NCBI GenBank assembly: GCA_943350875.1
Contig: CALRAL010000003.1
Location: forward strand, 25,174-89,173
DNA from: Candidatus Nomurabacteria bacterium
GTDB lineage: Bacteria > Patescibacteriota > Minisyncoccia > Phycocordibacterales > UBA9973
Length of the DNA stretch: 64,000 nt
Direction of reading: 5' to 3'
Below are positions 20,342-30,143 of this stretch, piece after piece. Below the pieces are notes generated by a model. The model worked only from the letters and a program-made list of their open reading frames with translations, had not been told where the DNA came from and did not search any database. Every line of letters begins with the position of its first letter. Positions within the stretch are counted from its first letter, which is position 1. The position numbers and the translations under genes were made by a program.

Positions 20342-21211
20342 ATGCTTCTATATTGCAAAAAGTATGGACTGTTGATTTTTATTTTAGTCCTGATTTTTGC
20401 AGACTTTTTCATTTTTAAAATTGATTTACAAAGTTCAAATCATGAGCTTACTTTTGCGATGCTTGATATTGGGCAAGGTGATGCTATTTTTATACAATCG
20501 CCGACTGGTACACAGATCATGTTTGATGGTGGGCCGATACATAAAGTTCTAGGTCCACTTTCTCGTGTCATGCCTTTCTATGATAAAACTATAGATGCGA
20601 TTGTTATTACAAATCCTGATGCAGATCACATCGGAGGATTTTTAGATATTTTAAAGAATTATAAAGTTAGTACGGTATTTGAGCCAGGAACGAGTAATGT
20701 GTCAAAAACATATCAGAATTTAGAAAATGAAATAAAAAAACAAAATATTAAAGATGTTTTAGTAAAAAGGGGGATGAGGTTAGATATCGGCGGGGGAGCA
20801 TATATAGATATTTTATTCCCGGATCGTGATGTGTCTTCTTGGAGTACAAATGACGGTTCTATAGTGGCAAGACTTGTATATGGTAACACCTCTGTGATGC
20901 TGACTGGAGATGCGACAAAGATGACAGAGCAAATAGTTATGGCAGAGAATTCACCTTCGAAATTAAAAAGTAATATTTTGAAAGTTGGACATCATGGCTC
21001 ACATACTTCTACATCAGCAGAATTTATACAGGAAGTTGCGCCTGCTTATGCGCTCATTTCTGATGGTAAAAATAATAAATATGGACATCCGCATCAAGAA
21101 ACTCTAGACACTTTGAATAATTTTGGCACGAAGATTTTTAGGACTGATTTGTTGGGTACTATAATTATAAATTCAGATGGAGAAAAGTTTTCTTTCATCA
21201 CGAATTTTTGA
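20342..21211 (+). CDS. MBL-fold metallo-hydrolase that corresponds to the detached C-terminal domain of ComEC
   Basis: 289 aa with MLDIGQGDA, HxHxDH-like PDADHIGG and a C-terminal HHGSH. It has an N-terminal TM anchor. Confidence 0.7.
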   Translation: MLLYCKKYGLLIFILVLIFADFFIFKIDLQSSNHELTFAMLDIGQGDAIFIQSPTGTQIMFDGGPIHKVLGPLSRVMPFYDKTIDAIVITNPDADHIGGFLDILKNYKVSTVFEPGTSNVSKTYQNLENEIKKQNIKDVLVKRGMRLDIGGGAYIDILFPDRDVSSWSTNDGSIVARLVYGNTSVMLTGDATKMTEQIVMAENSPSKLKSNILKVGHHGSHTSTSAEFIQEVAPAYALISDGKNNKYGHPHQETLDTLNNFGTKIFRTDLLGTIIINSDGEKFSFITNF

Positions 21212-21326
21212 TCGACACGCATAATTTTCTGCTGAAAATTTGCTATGCTCGGCCCAGTCGGCCTGTGCAATGTCTCTCAAAAACTGTGATTTCAAGAAAA
21301 ACTATAATTTATGATACAATAAAAAC

Positions 21327-22523
21327 ATGCAAGACAAACAAGTGGAAAAATTAATAAAAGATGAGGCAAAAAGGCAGAAAAGCGTCATAAATCTCATAGC
21401 TTCTGAGAACTATGTTTCCAAGGATATTTTACAAGCCTTGGGCTCAGAATTGACCAATAAATATGCAGAAGGGTACCCTGGGAGGCGATATTACGGAGGT
21501 AACACTATCATTGATAAAGTTGAGAATTTGGCCATTTCTCGTGCCTTAAAATTGTTCAAGTTAAAACCTGAGGATTGGCATGTGAATGTGCAACTCCTAT
21601 CTGGTAGCCCTGCGAACTTTGCTCTATATTCCGCTCTTGTATCCCCAGAATTTGATAAAGAAGGCAAACCAACAAAAAAAATCATGGGTATGAAATTGAC
21701 TTCTGGTGGGCACCTTACTCACGGACATCCGCTTTCGATAACTGGTAAACTCTGGAAATCAATCCAGTTCGAATTAGATCCTGTGACTCAAATGATTGAT
21801 TATGAAAAATTAAAAGCTTTGGCTGTGGCAGAAAAGCCAGATATCATAGTGGCTGGATTTACTGCGTATCCTCGTTTTGTAGATTTTAAAAAATTTAGAG
21901 AAATTGCAGATGTGTCAGATTCTTTGCTCCATGTAGATATGTCTCACTTTGCAGGACTCGTGGCAGGGGGAGTGTATCCTTCGCCATTTCCTTATGCCGA
22001 TAGTGTGATGACAACTACTCACAAATCTCTCCGCGGTCCAAGGCAAGCTATTTTATTTGTGAAAAAAGATGAACGTGGATTTGATAAGAAATTAGACAAA
22101 ATGGTTATTCCAGGACTTTTTGGTGGCCCTCATGAGAACAATATTGCAGGTGTAGCTATAGCTCTCAAAGAAGATGATACTCCGGCTTTCAAAAAATATG
22201 CAAAGCAAGTCGTGAAAAATGCGCAGACTCTTGCGAAAGGATTACAGAAATTAGGTTGGAAGATTATTTCTGGCGGGACTGATTCACATTTGATATTAAT
22301 GGATACTTTTTCTTCAAAAGGTATCTCTGGAAAAGAAGCGAGTGAAAAATTAGAAAAGGCAGGAATAATAGTAAATATGAATACTGTGCCAGGGGATACA
22401 CGCAGTGTCATGGACCCTTCTGGTATTCGTCTTGGCACTTGCGCAGAAACTACTCGTGGAAAGAAAGAAAAAGATATGCTCAAAATTGCCCAGAAAATAG
22501 ATAAAATTTTAAAAGGGAAATAA
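21327..22523 (+). CDS. glyA: Serine hydroxymethyltransferase
   Basis: 398 aa with SHMT motifs including the PLP-lysine region TTTHKSLRGPR. Confidence 0.9.
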   Translation: MQDKQVEKLIKDEAKRQKSVINLIASENYVSKDILQALGSELTNKYAEGYPGRRYYGGNTIIDKVENLAISRALKLFKLKPEDWHVNVQLLSGSPANFALYSALVSPEFDKEGKPTKKIMGMKLTSGGHLTHGHPLSITGKLWKSIQFELDPVTQMIDYEKLKALAVAEKPDIIVAGFTAYPRFVDFKKFREIADVSDSLLHVDMSHFAGLVAGGVYPSPFPYADSVMTTTHKSLRGPRQAILFVKKDERGFDKKLDKMVIPGLFGGPHENNIAGVAIALKEDDTPAFKKYAKQVVKNAQTLAKGLQKLGWKIISGGTDSHLILMDTFSSKGISGKEASEKLEKAGIIVNMNTVPGDTRSVMDPSGIRLGTCAETTRGKKEKDMLKIAQKIDKILKGK

Positions 22524-22527
22524 AAAT

Positions 22528-23220
22528 ATGATAAAAAGTGGCAAATTGATTGTGATAGACGGTACGGATGGGAGCGGGAAGACTACTCAGGCAGAATTGT
22601 TGATAAAACATCTAAAAGCAAATAAGCAAAAAGCAAAGTTTATTCATTTTCCACGATACGAAGATAATTTCTTTGGTAAATTCATAGCTCATTGTCTTTC
22701 TGAACAATATTACAATTGGGTAAATATTCACCCTAAAATAGCCAGCATTGCATATGCAGCTGATAGATGGGAGTCTTCAGAGAAAATCAAAAATTGGATA
22801 AAGAAAGGATATACAGTGGTTATGGATAGATATGTCTCTTCAAATCAAATACATCAAGGTGGTAAGATCGCTAATGTGAAGAAAAGAGAAGCATTTATAA
22901 AGTGGCTTGCTGAATTAGAGTATAAAGTTTTTAAAATTCCGGAACCAGATATGACTGTGTATTTGTCTTTACCCATCGAGATAGTTTTAAAATTAATAAA
23001 AAGCAGGGATTACAAAGGAGCCCGGGTATATCTAAACAGCAAAAAAGATGTTCATGAAAAGGACAAGAACTTTTTGAAGAATTCTATCAATAGCGCATTC
23101 TGGCTTTCTAAAACCCAGAAGAATTGGATAAAGATTGATTGTTCAAAGAATGGAGAGATTTTACCACGTGAAGAAATTCATGAGATGATTTATGAAAAAG
23201 TTAAAAAGATTATAAAATAA
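22528..23220 (+). CDS. tmk: Thymidylate kinase
   Basis: P-loop IDGTDGSGKTTQ, and DRY..S..AYQ-like VMDRYVSSNQIHQ. Confidence 0.8.
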   Translation: MIKSGKLIVIDGTDGSGKTTQAELLIKHLKANKQKAKFIHFPRYEDNFFGKFIAHCLSEQYYNWVNIHPKIASIAYAADRWESSEKIKNWIKKGYTVVMDRYVSSNQIHQGGKIANVKKREAFIKWLAELEYKVFKIPEPDMTVYLSLPIEIVLKLIKSRDYKGARVYLNSKKDVHEKDKNFLKNSINSAFWLSKTQKNWIKIDCSKNGEILPREEIHEMIYEKVKKIIK

Positions 23221-23223
23221 ATG

Positions 23224-23345
23224 AATCCCGTTAGAAATCATATAGTTAAGTTATGTTTCTTGGAAAAAATAAATTATGAATTATATAAAAATCATTATTA
23301 ATAAGTTAACTACGGAAATCTAAAGATTTCCTATTTCTAACGGGA
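23224..23345 (+). other. Long-range inverted repeat (AATCCCGTTAGAAAT ... ATTTCTAACGGGAT) enclosing an inner hairpin GGAAATCTAAAGATTTCC, in the tmk-dut intergenic region
   Basis: Seen directly in the sequence. The 13-bp arms lie about 90 nt apart. Confidence 0.4.
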
Positions 23346-23779
23346 TGAAACTAAAAATTAAAAAATTAAAAGAAGGGGCGAAGTTACCAACACATGGACA
23401 CCCAGGAGACGCAGGGATAGATATTTATGCGCTTGGAGAAGTGATTTTTTTACCCCATGAACAGAAACGGGTATATACCGGAATTGCATTTGAAATTCCT
23501 GAAGGGTATGTGGGTTTGGTGTGGGACAAGTCCAGTATTTCTTTCAATAAAAGTCTTAAAATTATGGGAGGAGTTATTGATGCCTGTTTTCGAGGAGAAT
23601 TTGTCGCTTCAATGGTGAATCTGTCGGATCAAAAACAAGTCATTGAAAAGGGTCAAAAATTTACTCAAATGGTTATACAGAAATTCGAGCATTGTGATAT
23701 TGTAGAGGTAGATAAATTGTCAGAAACTGCAAGAGGAGAAGGTAGAGAAGGGAGTACTGGTCATATGCACAAGGAATAG
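23345..23779 (+). CDS. dut: dUTP diphosphatase
   Basis: 144 aa with the GxxGDAGIDI and trimeric dUTPase motifs. Confidence 0.85.
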   Translation: MKLKIKKLKEGAKLPTHGHPGDAGIDIYALGEVIFLPHEQKRVYTGIAFEIPEGYVGLVWDKSSISFNKSLKIMGGVIDACFRGEFVASMVNLSDQKQVIEKGQKFTQMVIQKFEHCDIVEVDKLSETARGEGREGSTGHMHKE

Positions 23780-23780
23780 A

Positions 23781-25583
23781 ATGATAAAAGAAAAAATAGA
23801 AAAATTAATAAAAGATGCGTTGAAAAGTCTCGGTCTCGAAGATCTTAATTTTGTGGTAGAACATCCAGAGGATTTGAAGAATGGAGATTATTCTACAAAT
23901 GTAGCAATGGTTTGTGCTAAAAATCTAAAAACAAATCCTAGAGAATTGGCAGAAAATATAGTTGCCGAGTTAAAAAACTCTCCCCTTGCCAAGGGGGAGG
24001 TTGGAGGGGGTCTAATACATGAAATTCAAATAGCCGGTGCTGGGTTTATCAATTTTTATCTTTCTCGTGAATTTTTTTCAAACTCCATAAAAGAAATCCT
24101 AGAACAAAAAGAAAATTGGGGTAAAAATAGTTTCCTTGCGGGGAAAAAGGTAATGGTGGAATATACAGACCCAAATCCTTTTAAACCTTTTCATATCGGG
24201 CATTTGATGAGTAATGCTATAGGTGAATCAATATCAAGAATTTTTGAATTCTCTGGAGCACATACTGTTCGTGCAAATTATCAGGGTGATGTAGGGCTTC
24301 ATGTGGCCAAAGCAATATATGGGATTTTGAATGACCCTCTCGCCTTCGACACTCCCCCTTGGCAGGAGGAGATTGGAACGATGCCTGCTTCTGTGCAGGC
24401 AGACTATATTGGGCGATTCTATGCAAAAGGCAGTGATGCTTATGAAAGTGATGAAAAAGCAAAAAATGAAATTGATGAAATAAATAAAAAAGTTTATGAA
24501 AAAAGTGACGATGAAATAAATAAAATATATAATTGGGGTAGAAGAGTCACATTAGAGGCTTTTGAAGAAATATATAAAGTTCTTGGAACAAAATTCAAAT
24601 ATTACTTTTTTGAAAGCGAGATGGCGCCTATTGGCAATAAAATAGTCCGTGCAAATATGAGTAAAATTTTTGAAGAATCAGATAACGCAATAATTTTTCA
24701 TGCCGAAACATACGATCCAAAACTCCACACTCGTGTATTTGTAACTTCAAAGAATTTACCTACATATGAAGCAAAAGAAATTGGCTTAACATTCACAAAG
24801 TTTGAAAAAGAAAATCCAGATATTTCTGTAGTAGTGACAGCACACGAGCAAGCTGAATATATGAAAGTTGTAGCGAAAGCCATCTCACTAATACACCCTG
24901 AATACGAAAACAGGATGAAACACATCACTCATGGTATGATGCGCCTAGCCTCGGGCAAGATGTCTTCTCGAAAGGGAAATGTGGTCACCGGTGAATCCCT
25001 TTTGCATGATTCGATAGATACGATAAAAGAAAAAATATCCGCCCGAGGCGGACCAGCCTTGGGCTGGAAAGAAGTAGAAGTTCAAGAAGTTTCAGAATCT
25101 GTGGGAGTATCGGCGCTTAAATATTCAATTCTTCGTTCCTCAATGGGTTCTGATATAGTTTATGATTTTGAGAAGTCCATTTCGTTTGAAGGTGATTCTG
25201 GGCCATATCTGCAATATTCTGCAATTCGTGCGAAATCAGTTTTAGCAAAAGCTGGCGATACCAACTTTGGCGGGAAAAGGTCAGACCTTAAGAATTTAGA
25301 AAGGTCTGTCCTTGAGGAGCCAAAAGAAGTTTCAAATTTAGAAAAAACCCTATATCGTTTCCCCGAAGTTGTAGTTTTGTCATATCAAAAGTTTGAACCA
25401 CATCATATTGCAACATATCTGACAGAACTTGCCTCATCATTTAACACTTTTTACACAGAAACAAAAATAATAAACGAAGCAGATAAATATTCACCATATT
25501 ATCTTGCATTGACCAAAGCATTTCTACAAACAATACAAAACGGCCTTTGGCTCCTTGGCATCACTCTGCCAGAGAAGATGTAA
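23781..25583 (+). CDS. argS: Arginine--tRNA ligase. It carries two in-frame GC-rich element insertions.
   Basis: 600 aa with HIGH (PFHIGHLMS), the DALR anticodon-binding domain and a C-terminal Met. Insertions lie at 23981-24017 and 25269-25320. Confidence 0.9.
   Translation: MIKEKIEKLIKDALKSLGLEDLNFVVEHPEDLKNGDYSTNVAMVCAKNLKTNPRELAENIVAELKNSPLAKGEVGGGLIHEIQIAGAGFINFYLSREFFSNSIKEILEQKENWGKNSFLAGKKVMVEYTDPNPFKPFHIGHLMSNAIGESISRIFEFSGAHTVRANYQGDVGLHVAKAIYGILNDPLAFDTPPWQEEIGTMPASVQADYIGRFYAKGSDAYESDEKAKNEIDEINKKVYEKSDDEINKIYNWGRRVTLEAFEEIYKVLGTKFKYYFFESEMAPIGNKIVRANMSKIFEESDNAIIFHAETYDPKLHTRVFVTSKNLPTYEAKEIGLTFTKFEKENPDISVVVTAHEQAEYMKVVAKAISLIHPEYENRMKHITHGMMRLASGKMSSRKGNVVTGESLLHDSIDTIKEKISARGGPALGWKEVEVQEVSESVGVSALKYSILRSSMGSDIVYDFEKSISFEGDSGPYLQYSAIRAKSVLAKAGDTNFGGKRSDLKNLERSVLEEPKEVSNLEKTLYRFPEVVVLSYQKFEPHHIATYLTELASSFNTFYTETKIINEADKYSPYYLALTKAFLQTIQNGLWLLGITLPEKM
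23981..24017. repeat. Family-2-type GC-rich hairpin (CTCCCCTTGCCAAGGGGGAGGTTGGAGGGGGTC), in-frame in argS
   Basis: CTCCCC/GGGGAG stem. It is related to the CCCCTTGTCAGGGGG and GGAGGGGGTTGGGGGTGG modules at 60524, 63845 and 52830. Confidence 0.6.
25269..25320. repeat. Family-3 palindromic element, orientation B, in-frame in argS
   Basis: GGCGGGAAAAGGTCAGACCTTAAGAATTTAGAAAGGTCTGTCCTTGAGGAGC encodes GGKRSDLKNLERSVLEE. Compare recJ GKRQDLKEIQGLALKS. Confidence 0.8.
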
Positions 25584-25644
25584 TCTTGTAAAAGTTATCC
25601 CCGTTTTTGTTGTGTATTAGTGGTAGACCTGTATAATTGGACTA

Positions 25645-28600
25645 ATGCGTACAAACAAGACGTTTAGTTTCCTGTTTGTGTTTTTTATTTTTCTCAGCAT
25701 TTTCTATATTTTTACTCCGAAAGTTTACGCTAATTCTCCGACCATTGTGACGAATAATATTACGGAAAATATAACTTGGAATTTAGAAGGAAGTCCATAT
25801 TTAGTGGTTGATCATATCACTGTAATTCGGGGTGTGACCCTTACTATAGATGCAGGAGTTGTTGTTAAATTTGACGACAACTCCATCGCTGTTTTAGGTA
25901 CCATAAATGTAAATGGTACTTCTGGCTTACCAGTATTTTTTACTTCGTATTATGATGATACAGTTAGTGGTAGTATTGATGATAAAGAATCTTGTTATGA
26001 AAATATAGATGAGGAAGGTAATGACTTAGGTGAAATTTGTGAAACCTACGATCTGGGCGATCCATCTTTTGAGGATTGGCATGGAATTTTTGTAAGTGAT
26101 ATAACAGGTGCTAGCAATTTCTCTTATGCTAATTTTAGCTATGCTAGAACTGCCTTATTTTTAGATAGTAATCCTTCATTTACAGCGGACGATATAAATA
26201 TCAATGAAGCCAAGAGTGGTATTACCATTAGTAAAAGCACAGCTAATTTTTCAAATTTAAAGGAAAATAATGTTTCTTCTGATGGTTTGGTAATTTATGA
26301 TCATGGCATTGTCACTTTGGATGGTTTTATAAATGCTGGTAGTCGTGATGCAGTGAGTGTTTATAATACGAGCTCTCTTACACTAAAAAATGCTAGCATT
26401 TCAAGTGCCTTCGGTGATAGTATAGCTATTTTTAATGATAGTAGTTTAATTTCGACCAATGTAATGATAAGTGAATCATTCCACAATTCTCTAGCCATTT
26501 TTAATAACAGTAAGGCAGTTTTTAATAATAGTAAAATCACTAATGGTCAATATATCTTTAATGCTGTTGCGGTTTTTAATGATTCTTCACTTTCAGCGGA
26601 TAAGACTATTTTTGATGGAGGTTTAAGTGGCGGTATTGAAATTTTTAATAGTTCTAAGCTAATACTGACGCATTCTGTCGTGAAGAATTTTCTAACAGCA
26701 GGTATCGAAGATTATGGAAGTGAATTAAATTCCGAGCCTAATGTTATTTCTATTAATAATTCAAGCATCACAAACAATGATATAGGGCTAGACATTTATA
26801 ATGCACCTACTCGGACTCCTACTACACTCTTGGTTTCCAATAATATTATTTCAGACAATACTTCTTTTGGGGCACGGACTTTTAGTGAAATTATTGATGC
26901 ATCTTTTGAGAAGAATTGGTGGGGAGACAAAACTGGACCATACAATGACCCCTCGAATCCTGATGGCCTAGGTGATATGGTTTCCAGTCATATAGCCTTT
27001 ACTCCATGGTGTCTGAATAAATTCTGCTCTTTTCATGAGTCTGTGATAATCATCCCGGGGATAATGGGTTCAGAAATTGTAAAGAATTATGATGATTTTG
27101 GGGAAGTGTGGCCGAATGTCACGAAGCTAGTCCTTTCTTTCTTTGACGGCCACTTAGATGAGCTGATATTGAACCCTGACGGCACGGAGAGTGTAGACAG
27201 GCCAATGCTCGAGCCAGACATCATCCGGAAGACAGTCACGACAGATACATTTGATGGATTGATCAAAGAATTAACCGCTAATGGCTATGAAGAGGGCAAG
27301 GATTTATTTGTTTTCCCTTATGATTGGCGCAAAGATAATGCAGAGACAGCTCTAAAGTTGAAAGAGAAAATTGCAGAAGTGCTGAAGATAGATGGAGGGA
27401 CAAAGGTAGACATCGTTGCGCACTCGATGGGTGGCTTGGTAGCGAAGGCATACATTGCAGAGAACGGCGTCAGTAAAGTGGACCAGCTTTTCTTTGTAGG
27501 CACACCGCACCTGGGTGCGCCAAAGGCCTTCAAAGCTCTGATGTATGGAGATGATATGGGAATAAATACATTTTTTGGTTTTATACAACTTTTAAGTCCA
27601 AACAGAATAAGAGTAATTTCTCAAAATATGCCTGCAGTATATGAGCTCCTACCAAGTCGGAAATATGTGGATACTTTGGGTTTTAAATATGTAAAAGATT
27701 TATTTACTGGTTTCTTGTATGGAGCGGAACTTGCGAATTTGAATTATGCAGATACGCAGGCTTTGATGGTCAAAGATGGCAGGAATAAAGATATGTTTCT
27801 GATGGCGAATAGTTTACACGAGAGCATAGATAGTTTAGATTTATCCAAAATAGACGTTTATAACTTCATCGGCGCCGGCACGAAGACCTTGGGCAAGATA
27901 ATAATCAAAAACAAGAGGGAGAGGATGGGCTTCTTCTCCCTTTTCTCTCCAGACTATATGTTGGAGTATGTGAGTGGCGACAAGACAGTGCCGAAGGCCT
28001 CGGCGGAGGGCCAAATATATGGCAAGAAATATTACGTAGATAGCGTGTCACACTCAGAGCTTCCTTCATTCCAAAGTGTGAGAGATAAAATCTTGGAAAT
28101 ATTAAAGAAAGATACAGAGAAAGATTTAGCACATCTTTCAAAGAATCAGAAAGCGTACAATATATCTGGCAAAGTAGTGAGCTCACATGATTCTGTGGTG
28201 CTTCATATATATGATGACGCGGGGCACCATACAGGCCCAGTGGATGAAAAGGGTGTACCATCAAAGACGAATACTGGCCATATAGAACAGGGGATAAGCG
28301 GGGTGAGCTATGACCAGATAGGGGCAAATAGCTTTGCTTTCTTGCCAGCTGAGGGACATTATAAAGTAGTGAATTATACAGCAGAGGCTGATTCTACCGG
28401 ATATTACAATTTTTACATTGAAAACATAGACACAGATGATATAAAGACAAAAGAGACATATTGGGACCAAATACCTGTGAAAACTCCTGAGACTGTTTCT
28501 GAGATAGATGTAGTGGATGATGTAGCTATTCCAGATCCATCAATACCAGAAGCTTTACCTGTAATCCTTGTGGATAATGATGGCGATGGTGTTTTTGAGC

Positions 28601-29232
28601 AGAGCATCACTCCTTCTTCAGTGCTTGATACAGTACAGGCATCTGACTTGATTCCGCCAGTGGCTGTGGGCTCTGTAGTAGAGAATACTGTCTCTATTAT
28701 ATCTACCGATGAGAACTCGGGGGTATTAAAAACTGAATATTCTACAGACGGAGCGACTTGGCTGAAATATGAAATTCCTATTTTAGTAAAGCCTCATACT
28801 GACGGCACAGAGATAGTTTTCCAATATTTTTCTACTGATAAAGCGGGGAATGTGGGCGAAGTGAAGACTCTAAATATTCTACCATCAGTACCTGAAAAGG
28901 TAATTGCTCAAGATGTTGTGCCTGTAGTGCATAGTTCTGGAGGCGGACATGTGTTTTTGAATAATCAACCGAATATTCCCGTTTTAGTAACTGTAGTGCA
29001 AAATAAAGAAGAAGTGACAGAAAAAAAGCCGAAGGTCCCGACAACAGGAGGGATAAAAAAGAAGACCGTAAAAGTAGCTGTAACACCAAATATTCCTAAA
29101 AATAAAATAGAGCCGATAGACCTTACAGCTTCAGCGGGCAGTACGGGCACACATACGAATACAGTGCTACTTATCTCTGTCATAGGTGGTTCTGCAGTTT
29201 TGTTATTAGCTAAAAGGTTTATAAAAATGTAG
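25645..29232 (+). CDS. Large secreted surface protein with a right-handed beta-helix region, an alpha/beta-hydrolase (LCAT/PGAP1-like lipase, GxSxG) domain, and a C-terminal TM anchor with a basic tail
   Basis: 1195 aa with a signal peptide and NNS/NDS beta-helix repeats. DIVAHSMGGLVAKAY is the serine nucleophile elbow. It ends in a hydrophobic helix followed by KRFIKM. Confidence 0.5.
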   Translation: MRTNKTFSFLFVFFIFLSIFYIFTPKVYANSPTIVTNNITENITWNLEGSPYLVVDHITVIRGVTLTIDAGVVVKFDDNSIAVLGTINVNGTSGLPVFFTSYYDDTVSGSIDDKESCYENIDEEGNDLGEICETYDLGDPSFEDWHGIFVSDITGASNFSYANFSYARTALFLDSNPSFTADDININEAKSGITISKSTANFSNLKENNVSSDGLVIYDHGIVTLDGFINAGSRDAVSVYNTSSLTLKNASISSAFGDSIAIFNDSSLISTNVMISESFHNSLAIFNNSKAVFNNSKITNGQYIFNAVAVFNDSSLSADKTIFDGGLSGGIEIFNSSKLILTHSVVKNFLTAGIEDYGSELNSEPNVISINNSSITNNDIGLDIYNAPTRTPTTLLVSNNIISDNTSFGARTFSEIIDASFEKNWWGDKTGPYNDPSNPDGLGDMVSSHIAFTPWCLNKFCSFHESVIIIPGIMGSEIVKNYDDFGEVWPNVTKLVLSFFDGHLDELILNPDGTESVDRPMLEPDIIRKTVTTDTFDGLIKELTANGYEEGKDLFVFPYDWRKDNAETALKLKEKIAEVLKIDGGTKVDIVAHSMGGLVAKAYIAENGVSKVDQLFFVGTPHLGAPKAFKALMYGDDMGINTFFGFIQLLSPNRIRVISQNMPAVYELLPSRKYVDTLGFKYVKDLFTGFLYGAELANLNYADTQALMVKDGRNKDMFLMANSLHESIDSLDLSKIDVYNFIGAGTKTLGKIIIKNKRERMGFFSLFSPDYMLEYVSGDKTVPKASAEGQIYGKKYYVDSVSHSELPSFQSVRDKILEILKKDTEKDLAHLSKNQKAYNISGKVVSSHDSVVLHIYDDAGHHTGPVDEKGVPSKTNTGHIEQGISGVSYDQIGANSFAFLPAEGHYKVVNYTAEADSTGYYNFYIENIDTDDIKTKETYWDQIPVKTPETVSEIDVVDDVAIPDPSIPEALPVILVDNDGDGVFEQSITPSSVLDTVQASDLIPPVAVGSVVENTVSIISTDENSGVLKTEYSTDGATWLKYEIPILVKPHTDGTEIVFQYFSTDKAGNVGEVKTLNILPSVPEKVIAQDVVPVVHSSGGGHVFLNNQPNIPVLVTVVQNKEEVTEKKPKVPTTGGIKKKTVKVAVTPNIPKNKIEPIDLTASAGSTGTHTNTVLLISVIGGSAVLLLAKRFIKM

Positions 29233-29241
29233 AATGCTATT

Positions 29242-29583
29242 ATGGCTGGAAAATTACAAAATTTATTTCATACTGAAACTTGGTGGGGTAAAACAATTTT
29301 TATTGTTTTAGTATATTCTATTTTCTGGTGTATTTCTTATGGAAGTATTCTTCTTATTCCAGAAGATACTTTCACTAATTCCAATAGTTATATGCCTTTT
29401 TTCTTATTTATTTATGTTGCAGTATTATTACCTATCTTGAGTTTATTTTTTACTTCTCGTATTAGAAAATCTATTTTTATAAAACATTATTATTTATTTA
29501 ATACCATTTTTATAATTTTATCTCTTCTCTTATTTTTTTACATTGATTTATTAAAGTCAATGCCTAATTGGTTTAATTTCTAA
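29242..29583 (+). CDS. Small polytopic membrane protein, hypothetical
   Basis: 113 aa with three predicted TM helices. Confidence 0.25.
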   Translation: MAGKLQNLFHTETWWGKTIFIVLVYSIFWCISYGSILLIPEDTFTNSNSYMPFFLFIYVAVLLPILSLFFTSRIRKSIFIKHYYLFNTIFIILSLLLFFYIDLLKSMPNWFNF

Positions 29584-29715
29584 TCCACTTTACTTTACTA
29601 AACTAAAGTAGATAGGAGGGGGGAATGGGAGTTTTTTTTAAAGGTCTTTCCTTGAAGGGGGAGCGTAGCGACGGGAAAGGTGAGGCCTTGGGGAGTTTTG
29701 TGGTAGACTTAAGGG

Positions 29716-30009
29716 GTGAAGAAGAAACCATCAAAATTAAAGTCTACAAAAGACAGGGTTATCAAATATTGTATTCTTTGTAGTAGTAAAATTAAGGTTA
29801 TTTTATATACTGACCGTTCTTATGTGGGTGGGTATTATTTTGGTAAGATTCCAATGTCTACAAAAAAAGAATGGGCAAGAGTTATGAAACTTGGAACAAG
29901 GAAATCAAAAATAGGGAGTTTAGATATTCAAGTCTTAAAAGAAGATCCAAAACCATATAAATATTTTGAGTATTGGGAATGTTTGAAGTGTTGCACGGAT
30001 GCTATTTGA
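29716..30009 (+). CDS. Small basic hypothetical protein with CxxC...CxxCC (zinc-ribbon-like) cysteines
   Basis: 97 aa with YCILCSS and WECLKCC, at the edge of the accessory island. Confidence 0.3.
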   Translation: MKKKPSKLKSTKDRVIKYCILCSSKIKVILYTDRSYVGGYYFGKIPMSTKKEWARVMKLGTRKSKIGSLDIQVLKEDPKPYKYFEYWECLKCCTDAI

Positions 30010-30143
30010 GCCTGTTTTTCTAGGTGTTTTTGTGGTAAAATGAATGTTTAATATAAAGAACAAATTAGATATCTAAAACTTATGATGATTACAAAATTGG
30101 TGAAAGTGGTTGGGATTTTAGTTAATAAACTTTTGAAATAATT

